A stretch of 64,000 bases of DNA from Nannocystales bacterium (GTDB lineage: Bacteria; Myxococcota_A; Polyangia; Nannocystales; Nannocystaceae): positions 160,001 through 224,000 of the forward strand of contig JBOEGF010000014.1 of assembly GCA_050633305.1 (NCBI GenBank), in the 5' to 3' direction. The notes under the pieces were generated by a model that was not told the DNA's origin, ran no database searches, and saw nothing but the letters and a program-made list of their open reading frames with translations. Of this stretch, positions 38,515-48,448 are shown in pieces (within the stretch, counting starts at the first letter, position 1; every line of letters begins with the position of its first letter). Position numbers and translations under genes: made by a program.

Positions 38515-40374
38515 TCACGCCGACTCCGACCGTGCGTCGCGAACTGCGGCGTCGACCGAGCCCGCGGCGTTGGCTTGAGCGTGCAGCTCTGCGTAGTGTC
38601 CTGCGGCGGCGAGCAGCTCGTCATGCGTGCCACGCTCGACGATTCGGCCACCAACGACCACCAAGATCTGGTCGGCACGCCGGATCGTCGAGAGCCGGTG
38701 GGCGATCACAAACGCGATGCGACCCTCCAGTGCCGCGTCGACGCCCGCTTGCACTTGGGCCTCCGTTTCGGTGTCGAGCGAAGACGTGGCTTCGTCCATG
38801 ATGAAGATCTGCGGGTCTGCGAGGACGGCGCGGGCGAGCGAGATGAGCTGGCGCTGCCCGGTCGAGAGCTTTCCGCCTCCCTCGCCGACCGAGGTCTCGT
38901 AGCCGTCGGCGAGCGCCTCGATCATGGAGCTTGCACCCACGCGCTTGGCGGCCGCGCGCACCTCGGCGTCGGTCGCCTCGAGTCGACCGTATCGGATGTT
39001 CTCGGCGACGGTCCCCGAGAACAGGTGTGGCGACTGCAGCACAACGCCAAGGTTGCTCTGCAACCAGTGAAGGCTTCGCTCCCGGTGGTCGACGCCGTTG
39101 AGGCGCACAGCACCGCCCCGGGGCTCATAGAACCGGGCGAGTAAGCTGACGATGGTGCTTTTGCCTCCGCCCGTGGGCCCGACCAGCGCGACGGTTTGTC
39201 CCGCGTGCACGGTGAAGTCCACGTCCTGCAGGACAGGCTCGTTGTCGACGTACGAGAAACTCACCCGGTCGAAGTGAACGCTTTCGATCTGCGGATCTCC
39301 CCCGTCCAGCGCGCGTCCGGGCTCGCTGGCCGCCCGTTGGACCGCTGCGCGAACTTCGGGGCTGTCTTGGATCTCGGGCTGGGTGTCCAGAAGCGTGGCG
39401 ATTCGCTCGGCTGCAGCTTGGGCGCTCTGCAACTCTGAGAAGCGACCGGCGAGCTCCCGAATCGGCTCGTAGAACAACCTTGCGTACTGCATGAACGCGA
39501 TGAGCGTCCCGAGCGACAGGTCATCCCCCACTCGCACCCCGCCTCGCCATAGCGCCAGGCCCACGCCGACGCTCCCGATCGCGACGACCAAGGGGAGGTA
39601 CAGCGCCGACTGCAAGGCGCGTCGCACCGAGTGCTGGTACATGGCGGCACTCTCGAGCTGGAACTCCTTCAGCGATGCGTCCTCGTGGTGAAGCGCTCGT
39701 GTCGTTCGGACGCCTGCGATCGACTCAGCATAGGCTGACGTGATGCGAGAGTTCGTCCGCCTGACCTCTCGGGATGAGGCCAGCAGCCGGCGTTGGAAGA
39801 TGACGCTGACCACGGCCATCGCGGGGACGATGCAAAGCACCCATGCTGCGAGCGTTGCATCGAGCCAGAGCATCATGGCGACGCTCATCGCGATGACGGA
39901 TCCACCCCAGACCACGTCGAGGAAGAACCACGGCATGAGGCCGGCCACCTTGGACACGTCGCCCATCAGTCGCGAGACCAGCCATCCCACCGGGCGTTGG
40001 TCGAAGAAGGAGAACGACAGCTCTTGCATTTGCGCGAACGCATCGCGACGCAGGTCGCGGCCAACACCCGTCGCGATGCGACCTGCCAGCACGATGAACC
40101 ACACGATCGCGGCGCCGATCAGGACAAACGCGGAGACGTATGCAGCCCCGTACCACCAGATCGCGTCGTTGAGTTGCCCGCCGAGCGCCTCGTCAACGAG
40201 GAGACCGGTGAGCGCAGGGATCACAGCGTCGATAGCGGCGACGAACAGTCCCGCGACCAGCATCTGCCGGACCGCGCTTCGGTACGGCTGGGCACGCGCA
40301 ACCATGCGGCGCCACAGGTTCCAGTCGAGAGAGCCGGAGTACCGGTCGTCGTCTTCGTCAAACCCTTCATTCAT
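38515..40374 (-). CDS. ABC exporter subunit (TMD plus NBD)
   Basis: GPTGGGKST, degenerate signature LSTGQRQ, IMDEATS, AHRLST; ATG overlaps the upstream gene's stop. Confidence 0.95.
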   Translation of the reverse strand: MNEGFDEDDDRYSGSLDWNLWRRMVARAQPYRSAVRQMLVAGLFVAAIDAVIPALTGLLVDEALGGQLNDAIWWYGAAYVSAFVLIGAAIVWFIVLAGRIATGVGRDLRRDAFAQMQELSFSFFDQRPVGWLVSRLMGDVSKVAGLMPWFFLDVVWGGSVIAMSVAMMLWLDATLAAWVLCIVPAMAVVSVIFQRRLLASSREVRRTNSRITSAYAESIAGVRTTRALHHEDASLKEFQLESAAMYQHSVRRALQSALYLPLVVAIGSVGVGLALWRGGVRVGDDLSLGTLIAFMQYARLFYEPIRELAGRFSELQSAQAAAERIATLLDTQPEIQDSPEVRAAVQRAASEPGRALDGGDPQIESVHFDRVSFSYVDNEPVLQDVDFTVHAGQTVALVGPTGGGKSTIVSLLARFYEPRGGAVRLNGVDHRERSLHWLQSNLGVVLQSPHLFSGTVAENIRYGRLEATDAEVRAAAKRVGASSMIEALADGYETSVGEGGGKLSTGQRQLISLARAVLADPQIFIMDEATSSLDTETEAQVQAGVDAALEGRIAFVIAHRLSTIRRADQILVVVGGRIVERGTHDELLAAAGHYAELHAQANAAGSVDAAVRDARSESA

Positions 40375-42173
40375 GACGTCATCTCCACGGCGCCAGCGTG
40401 CGTTCGCTGGCGGTCCACGATCCGGGCATAGGGGCCCGCGACCTGTCTCAGTTGCTCGGGAGTCCCCTGTTGAACCACTCGGCCGCCGTCGAGCACGACG
40501 ACCCAATCCGCGAGCGCCAAGGTCGAGAGGCGGTGTGCGATGACGATGGTTGTCGTCTTCTGATGGCGCTCTCGGAGCTCGGCCAGGATCCCTGCCTCGG
40601 TCCGTGTGTCGACCGCGCTCAGGGCGTCGTCGAGGACGAGGACCCTTGGCCGCTCGAGCAGGGTCCGGGCGATCGCGACACGTTGCCGTTGCCCCCCGGA
40701 CAGGGTGACCCCACGCTCGCCGACCTTGGTCGCGTACCCGTGCTCGAACTTCTCGATCGCATCGTGCACGCAGGCTGCGTGTGTTGCGTCGTGGATGTCG
40801 GCCATCGTCGCCCCGGGGCGGCCCATCCTCAGGTTGTCGAGCAACGGCTTCGAGAAGAGGAAGGCCTCCTGGTGGACGACGCCCACCCGCGCTCGGAGGT
40901 CTCCCCGGCTCACGGAGGTGATGTCGAGTCCTCCGATTGAGATCGTTCCCGCGTTCGTCTCGTACATGCGCAGCAGCAGCGACACGATGGTGCTCTTTCC
41001 CGACCCCGGTGGCCCGATGATCGCGAGGGTTGCCCCTGAAGGGACATCGAAGGAAACGTTCCGCAGTGTTGGCTCCGCGTCGCCGTAGGCGAATGTGACA
41101 TTGTCGAACGAGACGCCCCCGGCCTCTTGAAGGACCGAGGGGTTGTCCGGCTCTTGCTCTGGCTCGGTGTCGAGGATTCGGCGGATCCGGCCGAGGGCGA
41201 CAGTCGCTTTTCCGAAATCACTGACGATGCGCCCGAGCTGCCGCATGGGAAATGTGAACATCGAGACCGCAGTGACGAAGAAGAACAACGCCCCGACGGT
41301 CAGCGTTCCTTGCGCCAGAAAGACGATCCCCGTGACCAAGACCACGGCCTGTTGCGCGAAGCACATGAAGTCCGAGATTCCCCAGAACCAGCCCGCGACC
41401 ACGTACACGCGGTAGTCAGCGTCGCGGTAGTCGTCGTTGTTGCGGCCGAACCTCGAACGCTCGAACGCCTGGCGGGCGAACGCTCGCACCACGCGAATCC
41501 CGGAGATGTTTTCCTGGACGTTGGCGGTGAGAGTGGCTTCGGACTCGTCCGAGCGCAGGTATGCACGGTGAACCTTCCCGAAGAAGAACACCGAGAAGCC
41601 GATGATGGCCGGCACCAGTATGACGGACGCGAGCGTCATCCGGCCATCGACGGCAAGCATCAACGGCAGGGGGACGAAGAGCATGACCACGGTGCGACCG
41701 AACTCCACGACTTGCCCGCCGAGGAAGAGCCGGACCGTGTCCACGTCCGAGGTGCATCGTTGGACGAGATCACCACTCTCAGCGTTGTCGTGAAAGGGGG
41801 TGGGAAGTCGCTGCAGGCGATCGTGTAACCGGTCGCGGAGCTCGAGGATGATCTGTTCCGTCGCGACCTCTGCAAGCCGCTCGCGGAGGTACGTGAACGC
41901 CCCGGCGACCGCCGTGAGGACGACGAGCAGCAACGCGGGCAGCCACAGCTGCTCCGCAACGAATGCCGGGCCGCCCATGGCCCGCACAACACTCGCGGAG
42001 ACCCGGGACGGTTCGGCCCCGTCGTGCGCGAGGACAACATCCAGCACGGCTTGGGGCACCAGCGGAGCCAGGTAGAGGAAGCACGACGCGATCACCAGGC
42101 TCGCGATTGCGATGCTGTAGTGCAGCCGAGCGCCGTGCATGAGGCGAGCAAGCTCGCGGAGGGTAGAAAACAT
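40371..42173 (-). CDS. ABC exporter subunit (TMD plus NBD), heterodimer partner
   Basis: GPPGSGKST, LSGGQRQR, degenerate Walker B LDDALSAVD. Confidence 0.95.
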   Translation of the reverse strand: MFSTLRELARLMHGARLHYSIAIASLVIASCFLYLAPLVPQAVLDVVLAHDGAEPSRVSASVVRAMGGPAFVAEQLWLPALLLVVLTAVAGAFTYLRERLAEVATEQIILELRDRLHDRLQRLPTPFHDNAESGDLVQRCTSDVDTVRLFLGGQVVEFGRTVVMLFVPLPLMLAVDGRMTLASVILVPAIIGFSVFFFGKVHRAYLRSDESEATLTANVQENISGIRVVRAFARQAFERSRFGRNNDDYRDADYRVYVVAGWFWGISDFMCFAQQAVVLVTGIVFLAQGTLTVGALFFFVTAVSMFTFPMRQLGRIVSDFGKATVALGRIRRILDTEPEQEPDNPSVLQEAGGVSFDNVTFAYGDAEPTLRNVSFDVPSGATLAIIGPPGSGKSTIVSLLLRMYETNAGTISIGGLDITSVSRGDLRARVGVVHQEAFLFSKPLLDNLRMGRPGATMADIHDATHAACVHDAIEKFEHGYATKVGERGVTLSGGQRQRVAIARTLLERPRVLVLDDALSAVDTRTEAGILAELRERHQKTTTIVIAHRLSTLALADWVVVLDGGRVVQQGTPEQLRQVAGPYARIVDRQRTHAGAVEMTS

Positions 42174-42231
42174 GAGAGATCTCGAAGTCAGGTCAGAAGG
42201 CGGAAAAGCGAAGCGAAACGAACCACGGGCA

Positions 42232-42271
42232 GAGCCCGCTGCCGGGGACTGAGGTCCTGGCAGACGGGCTC
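42232..42271 (-). terminator. Attenuator hairpin in the ABC exporter leader
   Basis: Minus strand GAGCCCGTCTGCCAGGAC-CTCA-GTCCCCGGCAGCGGGCTC, followed by a pyrimidine-rich tract. Confidence 0.55.
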
Positions 42272-42336
42272 GCTACTGGTCGTCGAGAGCGGCCGTAGTG
42301 AGTGGCCGCAGAAACTGACGGTCGGCGGATTGAGAC

Positions 42337-42426
42337 TCAGATGAGACGCGCCGCGTCGACCAGCGAGCCCGCATACGCAAACGGCTTTCGTTTGCGTGCG
42401 GACCTATGGCGAAGCGGGATCATCAT
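42337..42426 (-). CDS. Putative 29-aa leader peptide MMIPLRHRSARKRKPFAYAGSLVDAARLI
   Basis: Translated by hand; lies just downstream of a promoter match and overlaps the anti-terminator segment. Confidence 0.55.
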   Translation of the reverse strand: MMIPLRHRSARKRKPFAYAGSLVDAARLI

Positions 42427-42441
42427 CGAGACCTGATCTTT

Positions 42442-42470
42442 ACTCTAGGCCGGGGGATATGGAGGCGCAA
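42442..42470 (-). promoter_or_regulatory. Sigma70-type promoter for the leader and ABC operon
   Basis: Minus strand TTGCGC-N17-TAGAGT. Confidence 0.55.
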
Positions 42471-42522
42471 CCCCAACGAGAAGGATCGCAAACTCCATCC
42501 GAGGAGGCTGAGCGCATGAACA

Positions 42523-44970
42523 GTGCACTACAATCCGGCCGTGGTCAAGGTGGACCTGGAGGAACGCCGCGTCGAAGTGGGTGTTCGAGAGCTGCTGGCG
42601 AGCGGGTCGGGTCGGGGCCGGGGCCCTGGTGGTTCGAGCTTGCGTGCACAGATCGGGGCGGACGTGCACGCCCGCTATCGGGTGCGACGCGAAGACGAAC
42701 TCGGCGGTCGCTTCGCGGCCGAGGTCTCCATCAAGCTGCAGCTGGAGGTCGATGAGTTCACGGCCACGATTACCGGGCGCGCCGATGGGGTCATCGGTCT
42801 CGACGAACCCGACGGCCCGCTGACGATTGAAGAGGTCAAGTCCGTGCTGGATCCCGCGGCGACCGATCTTGCGTCTGCGCAGCTGCAAGTGCGCGCGTAC
42901 ACGCTGGCCCTGCTTCGCGCCGGGCATACCGGCCCGCTCCAGCCGTTCGTCGTACAGGTGAATGTCTGGGATGATCGCGAGCGCTCCGTCCCCGTGCACT
43001 TTGATGCGGCGGACACGGAGGCGCGGCTTGCTGAGCTCGTCCGCCGGACGATCGCGGTTGCGCGCGAGCAGGACCGTTGGGCACGTGGGCGCGCACAGTG
43101 GGCGGAGGGGCTGGCGTTCCCACACGAGGAGATCCGCGAAGGCCAGCAGATGCTCGTGGATGCGATCGACGACGCTCTCGCCGAGGGACGACCGTTGCTC
43201 GCCCAAGCGCCCACAGGGACCGGCAAGACGGCGGCCTCGCTGTTCGGTGCGATTCGGTACGCCGCACGCCGAGGGGCTCGGGTGTTCTACGCGACACCAA
43301 AGACGACCCAGCACATGCACATCGCACAGACGTTCGAAGCGCTTTGCGAGGCGAGTGCCGCGGCTGTTCCCGAGGACGCGGCTCCACCGCTCGCGGTCAG
43401 CCTGCACGCGCGCTCCCGGCTGTGCCGACAGGGGTCCTCCGTCTGTGACCGGAAGACGTGCCCTCGGTTGGCGAACCACAGCGCAGAGGGAGCGGGCGCC
43501 GCTGCACGGCTCGCAGCCAAGCACCGCTACGTCGGTGGCAAAGAACTCGCCGACGCGGGTCGGGCTCACAACGTGTGCCCGTACGAACTCGGGTTCGATC
43601 TTGCCCACACCGCTGACTTGATCATCGGCGACTTCAACTACGTCTTCGATCCCTCGATCGCGATCCTGTCGTCGAGCCGGATCAAGACACTTGTCGTCGT
43701 CGACGAAGCGCACAACCTCTTCGACCGGGCGCGCGCATACTCGAGTGCGCGGCTCATGCTCCGGGATCTCGAACTCGCAGAGCAGGCGATCGATGGCAGC
43801 GACCCCAGCGCACTTGCGAGCAACACGTGGGTTGCCGAGGTTCGGGCTGCGATCCAGGAGGCAACGGCCAACCCTCCCCGTGAACAAGACGGGACCGGCC
43901 GCCTGATCCACGACGGCACCTTCGAGCTCGAGTCATTTCCCCCGCAGTTTTTCGCACTCGCCCAACAGGCCCGTTCGTTGCTGCTGCGCCGGGTGTCGCA
44001 GGCTCCGCCCCGGCAGTCGGTCGGCGGTGACGACCCCGATCCGTTCGCCGAGGTCCTGCGCACAGTGATCCGCTCAGCGGAGGCAACCGACTTCGTCACC
44101 GACACCTTGGTGCCGTTTGGGGTCTCGGCGACCAACCGCGGAGGCGCGGGCGTGGGTCTGGTCTGTGTCGACCCGGCCCGGGCATTGCTGCGTCGCCATC
44201 GCGAAGCGCTCGGTATTGTCGCGATGAGTGCGACCCTGCAGCCGCTGACGTACTGGTGCGATGTGTTGGGCCTCGAAGCCCTGGATGCGGTGCTGCTCGA
44301 GGTCCCTTCTCCGTTCTCGCCGGACCAGCGTCGAGTGGTCATCGCCCAGGAGGTGTCCACGACGTATCGCGATCGAGGTGCCAGCCTGCCGCAGATCGCC
44401 GGCTTGGTGGCGGACGTCGTGGCGCTACGGCCTGGCCCGTACATCGTCTTCTTTCCCAGCTTCTCCTACTTGGGCGCGGTCGCGGAGCACCTGCCGCCGT
44501 TGGGCGAGGTGTTCATGCAGGCGCCGCGAACGAGCCTGGCTCAGCGGCGTGCGTTGCTGGATCGCTTTCGTCGGGCGAGTGGACCTCGCGTGCTGATGGC
44601 GGTGAGCGGCGGTGTGTTTGGTGAGGGCATCGACCTGCCGGGCGACGAGTTGCTCGGTGCGCTCATCGTCGGGCCCTGTCTGCCGCCGATCGGGTTTCAG
44701 ACCGCCGCCATGGCTCGGCACTTCGAGGCGACCCGACAAGCCGGGTTTGCGTACGCGATGCTGTACCCCGGCATGCAGAGGGTGGTTCAGGCCGCCGGCC
44801 GAGTGATTCGGCGCGAGGCTGATCGCGGTGTGGTCGTCCTGATCGGGCGTCGCTTCACACGGCCGGAGATCGTCGAGTGCCTGCCCGAGGATTGGTACAG
44901 CTACGACCCAAGCGAGCTCGTCCCCGAGCAGCCGCTCGCGGCGCTGCGCGACTTCTGGGCCTACGACTAG
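42523..44970 (+). CDS. DinG/XPD-family Fe-S helicase with N-terminal PD-(D/E)xK nuclease domain
   Basis: GRADG, EEVKS, QVRAY; QAPTGTGKT; four Cys (LC, VC, TCP, VCPY); DEAH; SAT; QAAGRVIR. Confidence 0.9.
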   Translation: MHYNPAVVKVDLEERRVEVGVRELLASGSGRGRGPGGSSLRAQIGADVHARYRVRREDELGGRFAAEVSIKLQLEVDEFTATITGRADGVIGLDEPDGPLTIEEVKSVLDPAATDLASAQLQVRAYTLALLRAGHTGPLQPFVVQVNVWDDRERSVPVHFDAADTEARLAELVRRTIAVAREQDRWARGRAQWAEGLAFPHEEIREGQQMLVDAIDDALAEGRPLLAQAPTGTGKTAASLFGAIRYAARRGARVFYATPKTTQHMHIAQTFEALCEASAAAVPEDAAPPLAVSLHARSRLCRQGSSVCDRKTCPRLANHSAEGAGAAARLAAKHRYVGGKELADAGRAHNVCPYELGFDLAHTADLIIGDFNYVFDPSIAILSSSRIKTLVVVDEAHNLFDRARAYSSARLMLRDLELAEQAIDGSDPSALASNTWVAEVRAAIQEATANPPREQDGTGRLIHDGTFELESFPPQFFALAQQARSLLLRRVSQAPPRQSVGGDDPDPFAEVLRTVIRSAEATDFVTDTLVPFGVSATNRGGAGVGLVCVDPARALLRRHREALGIVAMSATLQPLTYWCDVLGLEALDAVLLEVPSPFSPDQRRVVIAQEVSTTYRDRGASLPQIAGLVADVVALRPGPYIVFFPSFSYLGAVAEHLPPLGEVFMQAPRTSLAQRRALLDRFRRASGPRVLMAVSGGVFGEGIDLPGDELLGALIVGPCLPPIGFQTAAMARHFEATRQAGFAYAMLYPGMQRVVQAAGRVIRREADRGVVVLIGRRFTRPEIVECLPEDWYSYDPSELVPEQPLAALRDFWAYD

Positions 44971-45042
44971 GCGCTTCTTGCTCGGGGCGTGGGGCGCAAG
45001 AACCTGTGGTCTTGGGGGACGAGTTGTGGCACTGCCCCGTTC

Positions 45043-45450
45043 ATGAAAACGCGAGTGAGCGCCTACGGGCTCGTCGTTCGAGACGAGCAGATCCTGCTGA
45101 CGCAGCTCGCGGACTTCTGCTACCGACCGCGCCACTGGATGCTGCCTGGCGGCGGCATGAAACACGGCGAGCTGCCCGAAGAAACGGTGGTGCGGGAGTT
45201 CCGAGAGGAGACGAGCCTCGCGGCACGAGAACTCGAGCTCTTCCACGTACACACGTTCTCGGAGAGTGATCGGGGGCCGTTCATGGGCGTGCAGATCGTC
45301 TATCGCGCGCTGGCGACTGGCGAACCCGCCGTGTTGGAGGTCGGAGGCAGCACGGCGGATGTTGCATGGGTCCCGTTCGAGGACCTTCCGAAGCTGGACC
45401 GGGTTCCGGGGCTCGATGTGATCCTCGGGAAGCTCGGTATCGCGTTCTAG
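45043..45450 (+). CDS. NUDIX hydrolase
   Basis: Nudix box GGMKHGELPEETVVREFREETSL. Confidence 0.9.
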   Translation: MKTRVSAYGLVVRDEQILLTQLADFCYRPRHWMLPGGGMKHGELPEETVVREFREETSLAARELELFHVHTFSESDRGPFMGVQIVYRALATGEPAVLEVGGSTADVAWVPFEDLPKLDRVPGLDVILGKLGIAF

Positions 45451-45472
45451 CCGGTCGCGATGCTCCGGCCTC

Positions 45473-46978
45473 TCAGGGTCCGGCTGCGACGTACTGGCGG
45501 TGGTACTGGGCGCTCTCGTCTTCTTGAATCCGCTCGGCTTCCATCGTCAGCCAAGTCGCGGCAGCGTTGGCCATGGGTCGCTCACCCCGTTCGTGCCATA
45601 GCCAGTGCACGACGCTGGCGGCCTTGGCATCGATCGCTTGGAAGACCGGACGGGCTTCGGAGACATCGGCGCGGCGGTGGAGCGCGTACCCGTCCTGAAT
45701 CTCGAGCCAGTCGTGCCACAACTCCACGGAGGTCGGAGAAATGGGGGCCGACCGGGCCGCTTCGAGGCGGTCGAGTGCGCACTTGATGCGGTGCTCTTGT
45801 GCGGCGGAGAACAGCTCGACCGCGCGAGCGAGGGTCTTCCCCCCTCGGGGAATTTCACCCGAGGGCGGCATCATCGACGCCACCTCGACACACAGGGAGC
45901 GGTGAAGCTCGACCATCGATTCCTCGACGGTGCGGTTGCAGTCCAACTCGAGGGACCGGGCCCGCACTCGACGGCGCAGGCCGATGTCCCAAAGCGTCTC
46001 GTCCCATGCCCGCCCGAGGCGGTCGAGTTCCTGACTGGTCAGCTCTCCTGTGCGGTGCGCCTTGACGGCATCGAGGTGCAAGCTCGCGGCGCCAGTTCCC
46101 GCCAGGCCGAATCCGTTGGCGGCCCTGCGGCTGAGGTCGCGATCGACGACCGGGAAGTCGACCAGCTCCGGCTCGTCCCAAGCGCGCTCGAGAAGCGCCC
46201 AGGTCTTCCATCGTCCCGGCGCGGAGATCCAGGCGCGGAGGAGCTCTCCGCGGGTCGCGTGACCGAGGAGACGTCTCGCCACGGTTTGCAGGAGGCGCCC
46301 CGCTGCTGACAGAGCCAGCGAATGCCCCGAGCGCACCTCGACTTCGCGCCAACGGTCTCGACTGGCCGCATCTTCGAGCAGCCAATCGTTGGCGATGGCT
46401 CGGGCCAGCGGAGGGCACACCTCGGGGTCGAGGTTGTCCACGCTGAGCAGGAGTCGGCGGGCGGCGGTGCTGTCTCCGCGGGCGTCGGCGATCAGACCCG
46501 CGGCGACCAGGCCCGCGCCTCGCAAGGGCGCCGCCATGAGCGCGAGCTCCAGCTCGTCGAGGGCGCTGTCGTTCGAGCGGCGGCGCAACGCGAGCACGCC
46601 CATCAAGGCCGCGCCACCTTCTGGATCGCGGAGCCATGGGGGCCCACCCCAACGGGAAGCCGAGCGCGCCCATCGCCACGCCCCCAGCGGAACAAGCAGG
46701 CCGCGAACCAGCGGCCCCGGTTGCATGAGAAGTGCGGTGCAGGCCCCCAGGAGCAGAACGACGGCACCGGTTCCCCAAGCCCCGCGGGTGCAGGCATGCA
46801 GACCCAGCCCCGCGGTGAGTCCTCCGACCGCGAGCATGATCGACCCGCGCAGCTCCGCCCGGCGAAGACTCTGGGCGCGGGTTCCAGCGGGGTCGCAGTT
46901 GACCTGTGGCGGTGATGGCACGGCGCCGACCACGACCGCAGCGCCGACCAGAATCGACATCCAGACAAGCTCGGTCAT
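45473..46978 (-). CDS. Hypothetical membrane protein with helical C-terminal region
   Basis: N-terminal hydrophobic segments; 4-nt overlap with the upstream J-like gene. Confidence 0.65.
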   Translation of the reverse strand: MTELVWMSILVGAAVVVGAVPSPPQVNCDPAGTRAQSLRRAELRGSIMLAVGGLTAGLGLHACTRGAWGTGAVVLLLGACTALLMQPGPLVRGLLVPLGAWRWARSASRWGGPPWLRDPEGGAALMGVLALRRRSNDSALDELELALMAAPLRGAGLVAAGLIADARGDSTAARRLLLSVDNLDPEVCPPLARAIANDWLLEDAASRDRWREVEVRSGHSLALSAAGRLLQTVARRLLGHATRGELLRAWISAPGRWKTWALLERAWDEPELVDFPVVDRDLSRRAANGFGLAGTGAASLHLDAVKAHRTGELTSQELDRLGRAWDETLWDIGLRRRVRARSLELDCNRTVEESMVELHRSLCVEVASMMPPSGEIPRGGKTLARAVELFSAAQEHRIKCALDRLEAARSAPISPTSVELWHDWLEIQDGYALHRRADVSEARPVFQAIDAKAASVVHWLWHERGERPMANAAATWLTMEAERIQEDESAQYHRQYVAAGP

Positions 46979-47295
46979 GGCGCCTCCGAGCCGAGTACGC
47001 GTAGCGTGGACGGGACTCGCGCGGCGGGTACGTAGCGGAGTTCGTGCTCCAAGCGGAGGTCGGGGTCGTGCAACTCCGTGTGCGCGCGGGCGAGCAATTC
47101 CGCGTCTAGCGGTTCCATTCCGATCGGCGTCACAAACGTGAGCGCCCGTCCTCGGCGCAGGTCGTTTTGCAGTGCTCGGTATCGCAGCGTGATCTGGGCC
47201 GAGCGCGCTGCTGGCGTCAGTCCCAATACGTAGAACGGGTTTCGCACCGCTCGAGCAAAACTTGACCCGCAGTGCCGCGCTTGCTCGCCTCGCAT
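46975..47295 (-). CDS. Small J-domain-like protein lacking HPD
   Basis: NPFYVLGL, QITLRYRAL, AHTELHDPDLR; start inferred. Confidence 0.55.
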   Translation of the reverse strand: MRGEQARHCGSSFARAVRNPFYVLGLTPAARSAQITLRYRALQNDLRRGRALTFVTPIGMEPLDAELLARAHTELHDPDLRLEHELRYVPAARVPSTLRVLGSEAP

Positions 47296-47461
47296 ATAAG
47301 TCTTGACGCGGTCTGCGAAGAGATTGTTCCCAAACCTCTTTTCAAACCCCGAAATTCCGTTGGGCTGTGCAACCCCCCGCGCACTTGACCCGACTCCGAC
47401 GCCGCGGTAACAGCCCAACTTCAGGGAGCATTCGGCCGATCCAAGCCGTTGAACCGCACAG

Positions 47462-48442
47462 GTGAAGAGCATCAAGATTGTCGCGACCGGCAGCTACTTG
47501 CCGAAGAAGGTGCTGAGCAACGATGACCTCTCGAAGATGGTCGATACCTCGAATGAGTGGATCGTCGAGCGGACGGGCATCAAGGAGCGCCGGATTGCAG
47601 CGGAAGGGGAGTCCACCTCCGACCTCTGCGCGAACGCAATCAAAGATGCCTGCGCAAACGCAGGCATCAACCCGGACACGCTCGATGGTGTCATTGTCGG
47701 AACGTCGACCACCGACACGCTCTTCCCATCGACCGCTTGTTGGACCCAGAAGAAGCTGGGTATCAAAGGCATGGCGGCCTTCGATGTCAGTGCCGGCTGC
47801 ACCGGCTTCCTCTACGGGCTCGAGCTCGCCACGAGCCTGATCGTCAGCGGCACCAGCAAGCGCATCGCTGTGGTGGGTGGCGAGGTCATGAGCCGCGTCA
47901 TCAACTGGAAGGACCGCCGCACATGTGTCCTGTTCGGTGACGGCGCAGGCGCTGCGATCGTCACGGCTGGGGAGGGTAACTCGGGGGTGCTCGCGTCCAA
48001 CTGGGGTGCCGACGGCAACCTCGCGCCGATCCTCTACCAGCCCGCAGGTGGCTCTCAGATGCCAGCCAGCCACGAGACCGTCGACGACATGGGGCACACC
48101 GTGCACATGGAGGGCAACACGGTTTTCAAGCACGCCGTCGTGGCGATGAGCGGAGCCGTCTCCGACGCGTTGAAGTCCGCCGAACTCTCGGGCGATGACA
48201 TCGACCTCTTCATCCCGCACCAGGCCAACATGCGCATCATGGAGGCTGCCCGTCAGCGCGCTGGCGTTGCGCCGGAGAAGATGGTCAACGTCCTGCCCAA
48301 GTACGGCAACATGTCGGCGGCGACCATTCCGGTCGCGCTGCATGAGTCCAACGTCGCCGGTCGCCTCAACGAAGGCGACATCTTGGCGATGACGGCGTTT
48401 GGCACCGGGTTCACCTGGGGCGCCAGCGTCGTTCGCTGGTAG
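47462..48442 (+). CDS. fabH: 3-oxoacyl-ACP synthase III
   Basis: DTSNEWIVERTGIKERR, AGCTGF, FGDGAGA, PHQAN, GNMSAA. Confidence 0.95.
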   Translation: MKSIKIVATGSYLPKKVLSNDDLSKMVDTSNEWIVERTGIKERRIAAEGESTSDLCANAIKDACANAGINPDTLDGVIVGTSTTDTLFPSTACWTQKKLGIKGMAAFDVSAGCTGFLYGLELATSLIVSGTSKRIAVVGGEVMSRVINWKDRRTCVLFGDGAGAAIVTAGEGNSGVLASNWGADGNLAPILYQPAGGSQMPASHETVDDMGHTVHMEGNTVFKHAVVAMSGAVSDALKSAELSGDDIDLFIPHQANMRIMEAARQRAGVAPEKMVNVLPKYGNMSAATIPVALHESNVAGRLNEGDILAMTAFGTGFTWGASVVRW

Positions 48443-48448
48443 CGGCCG

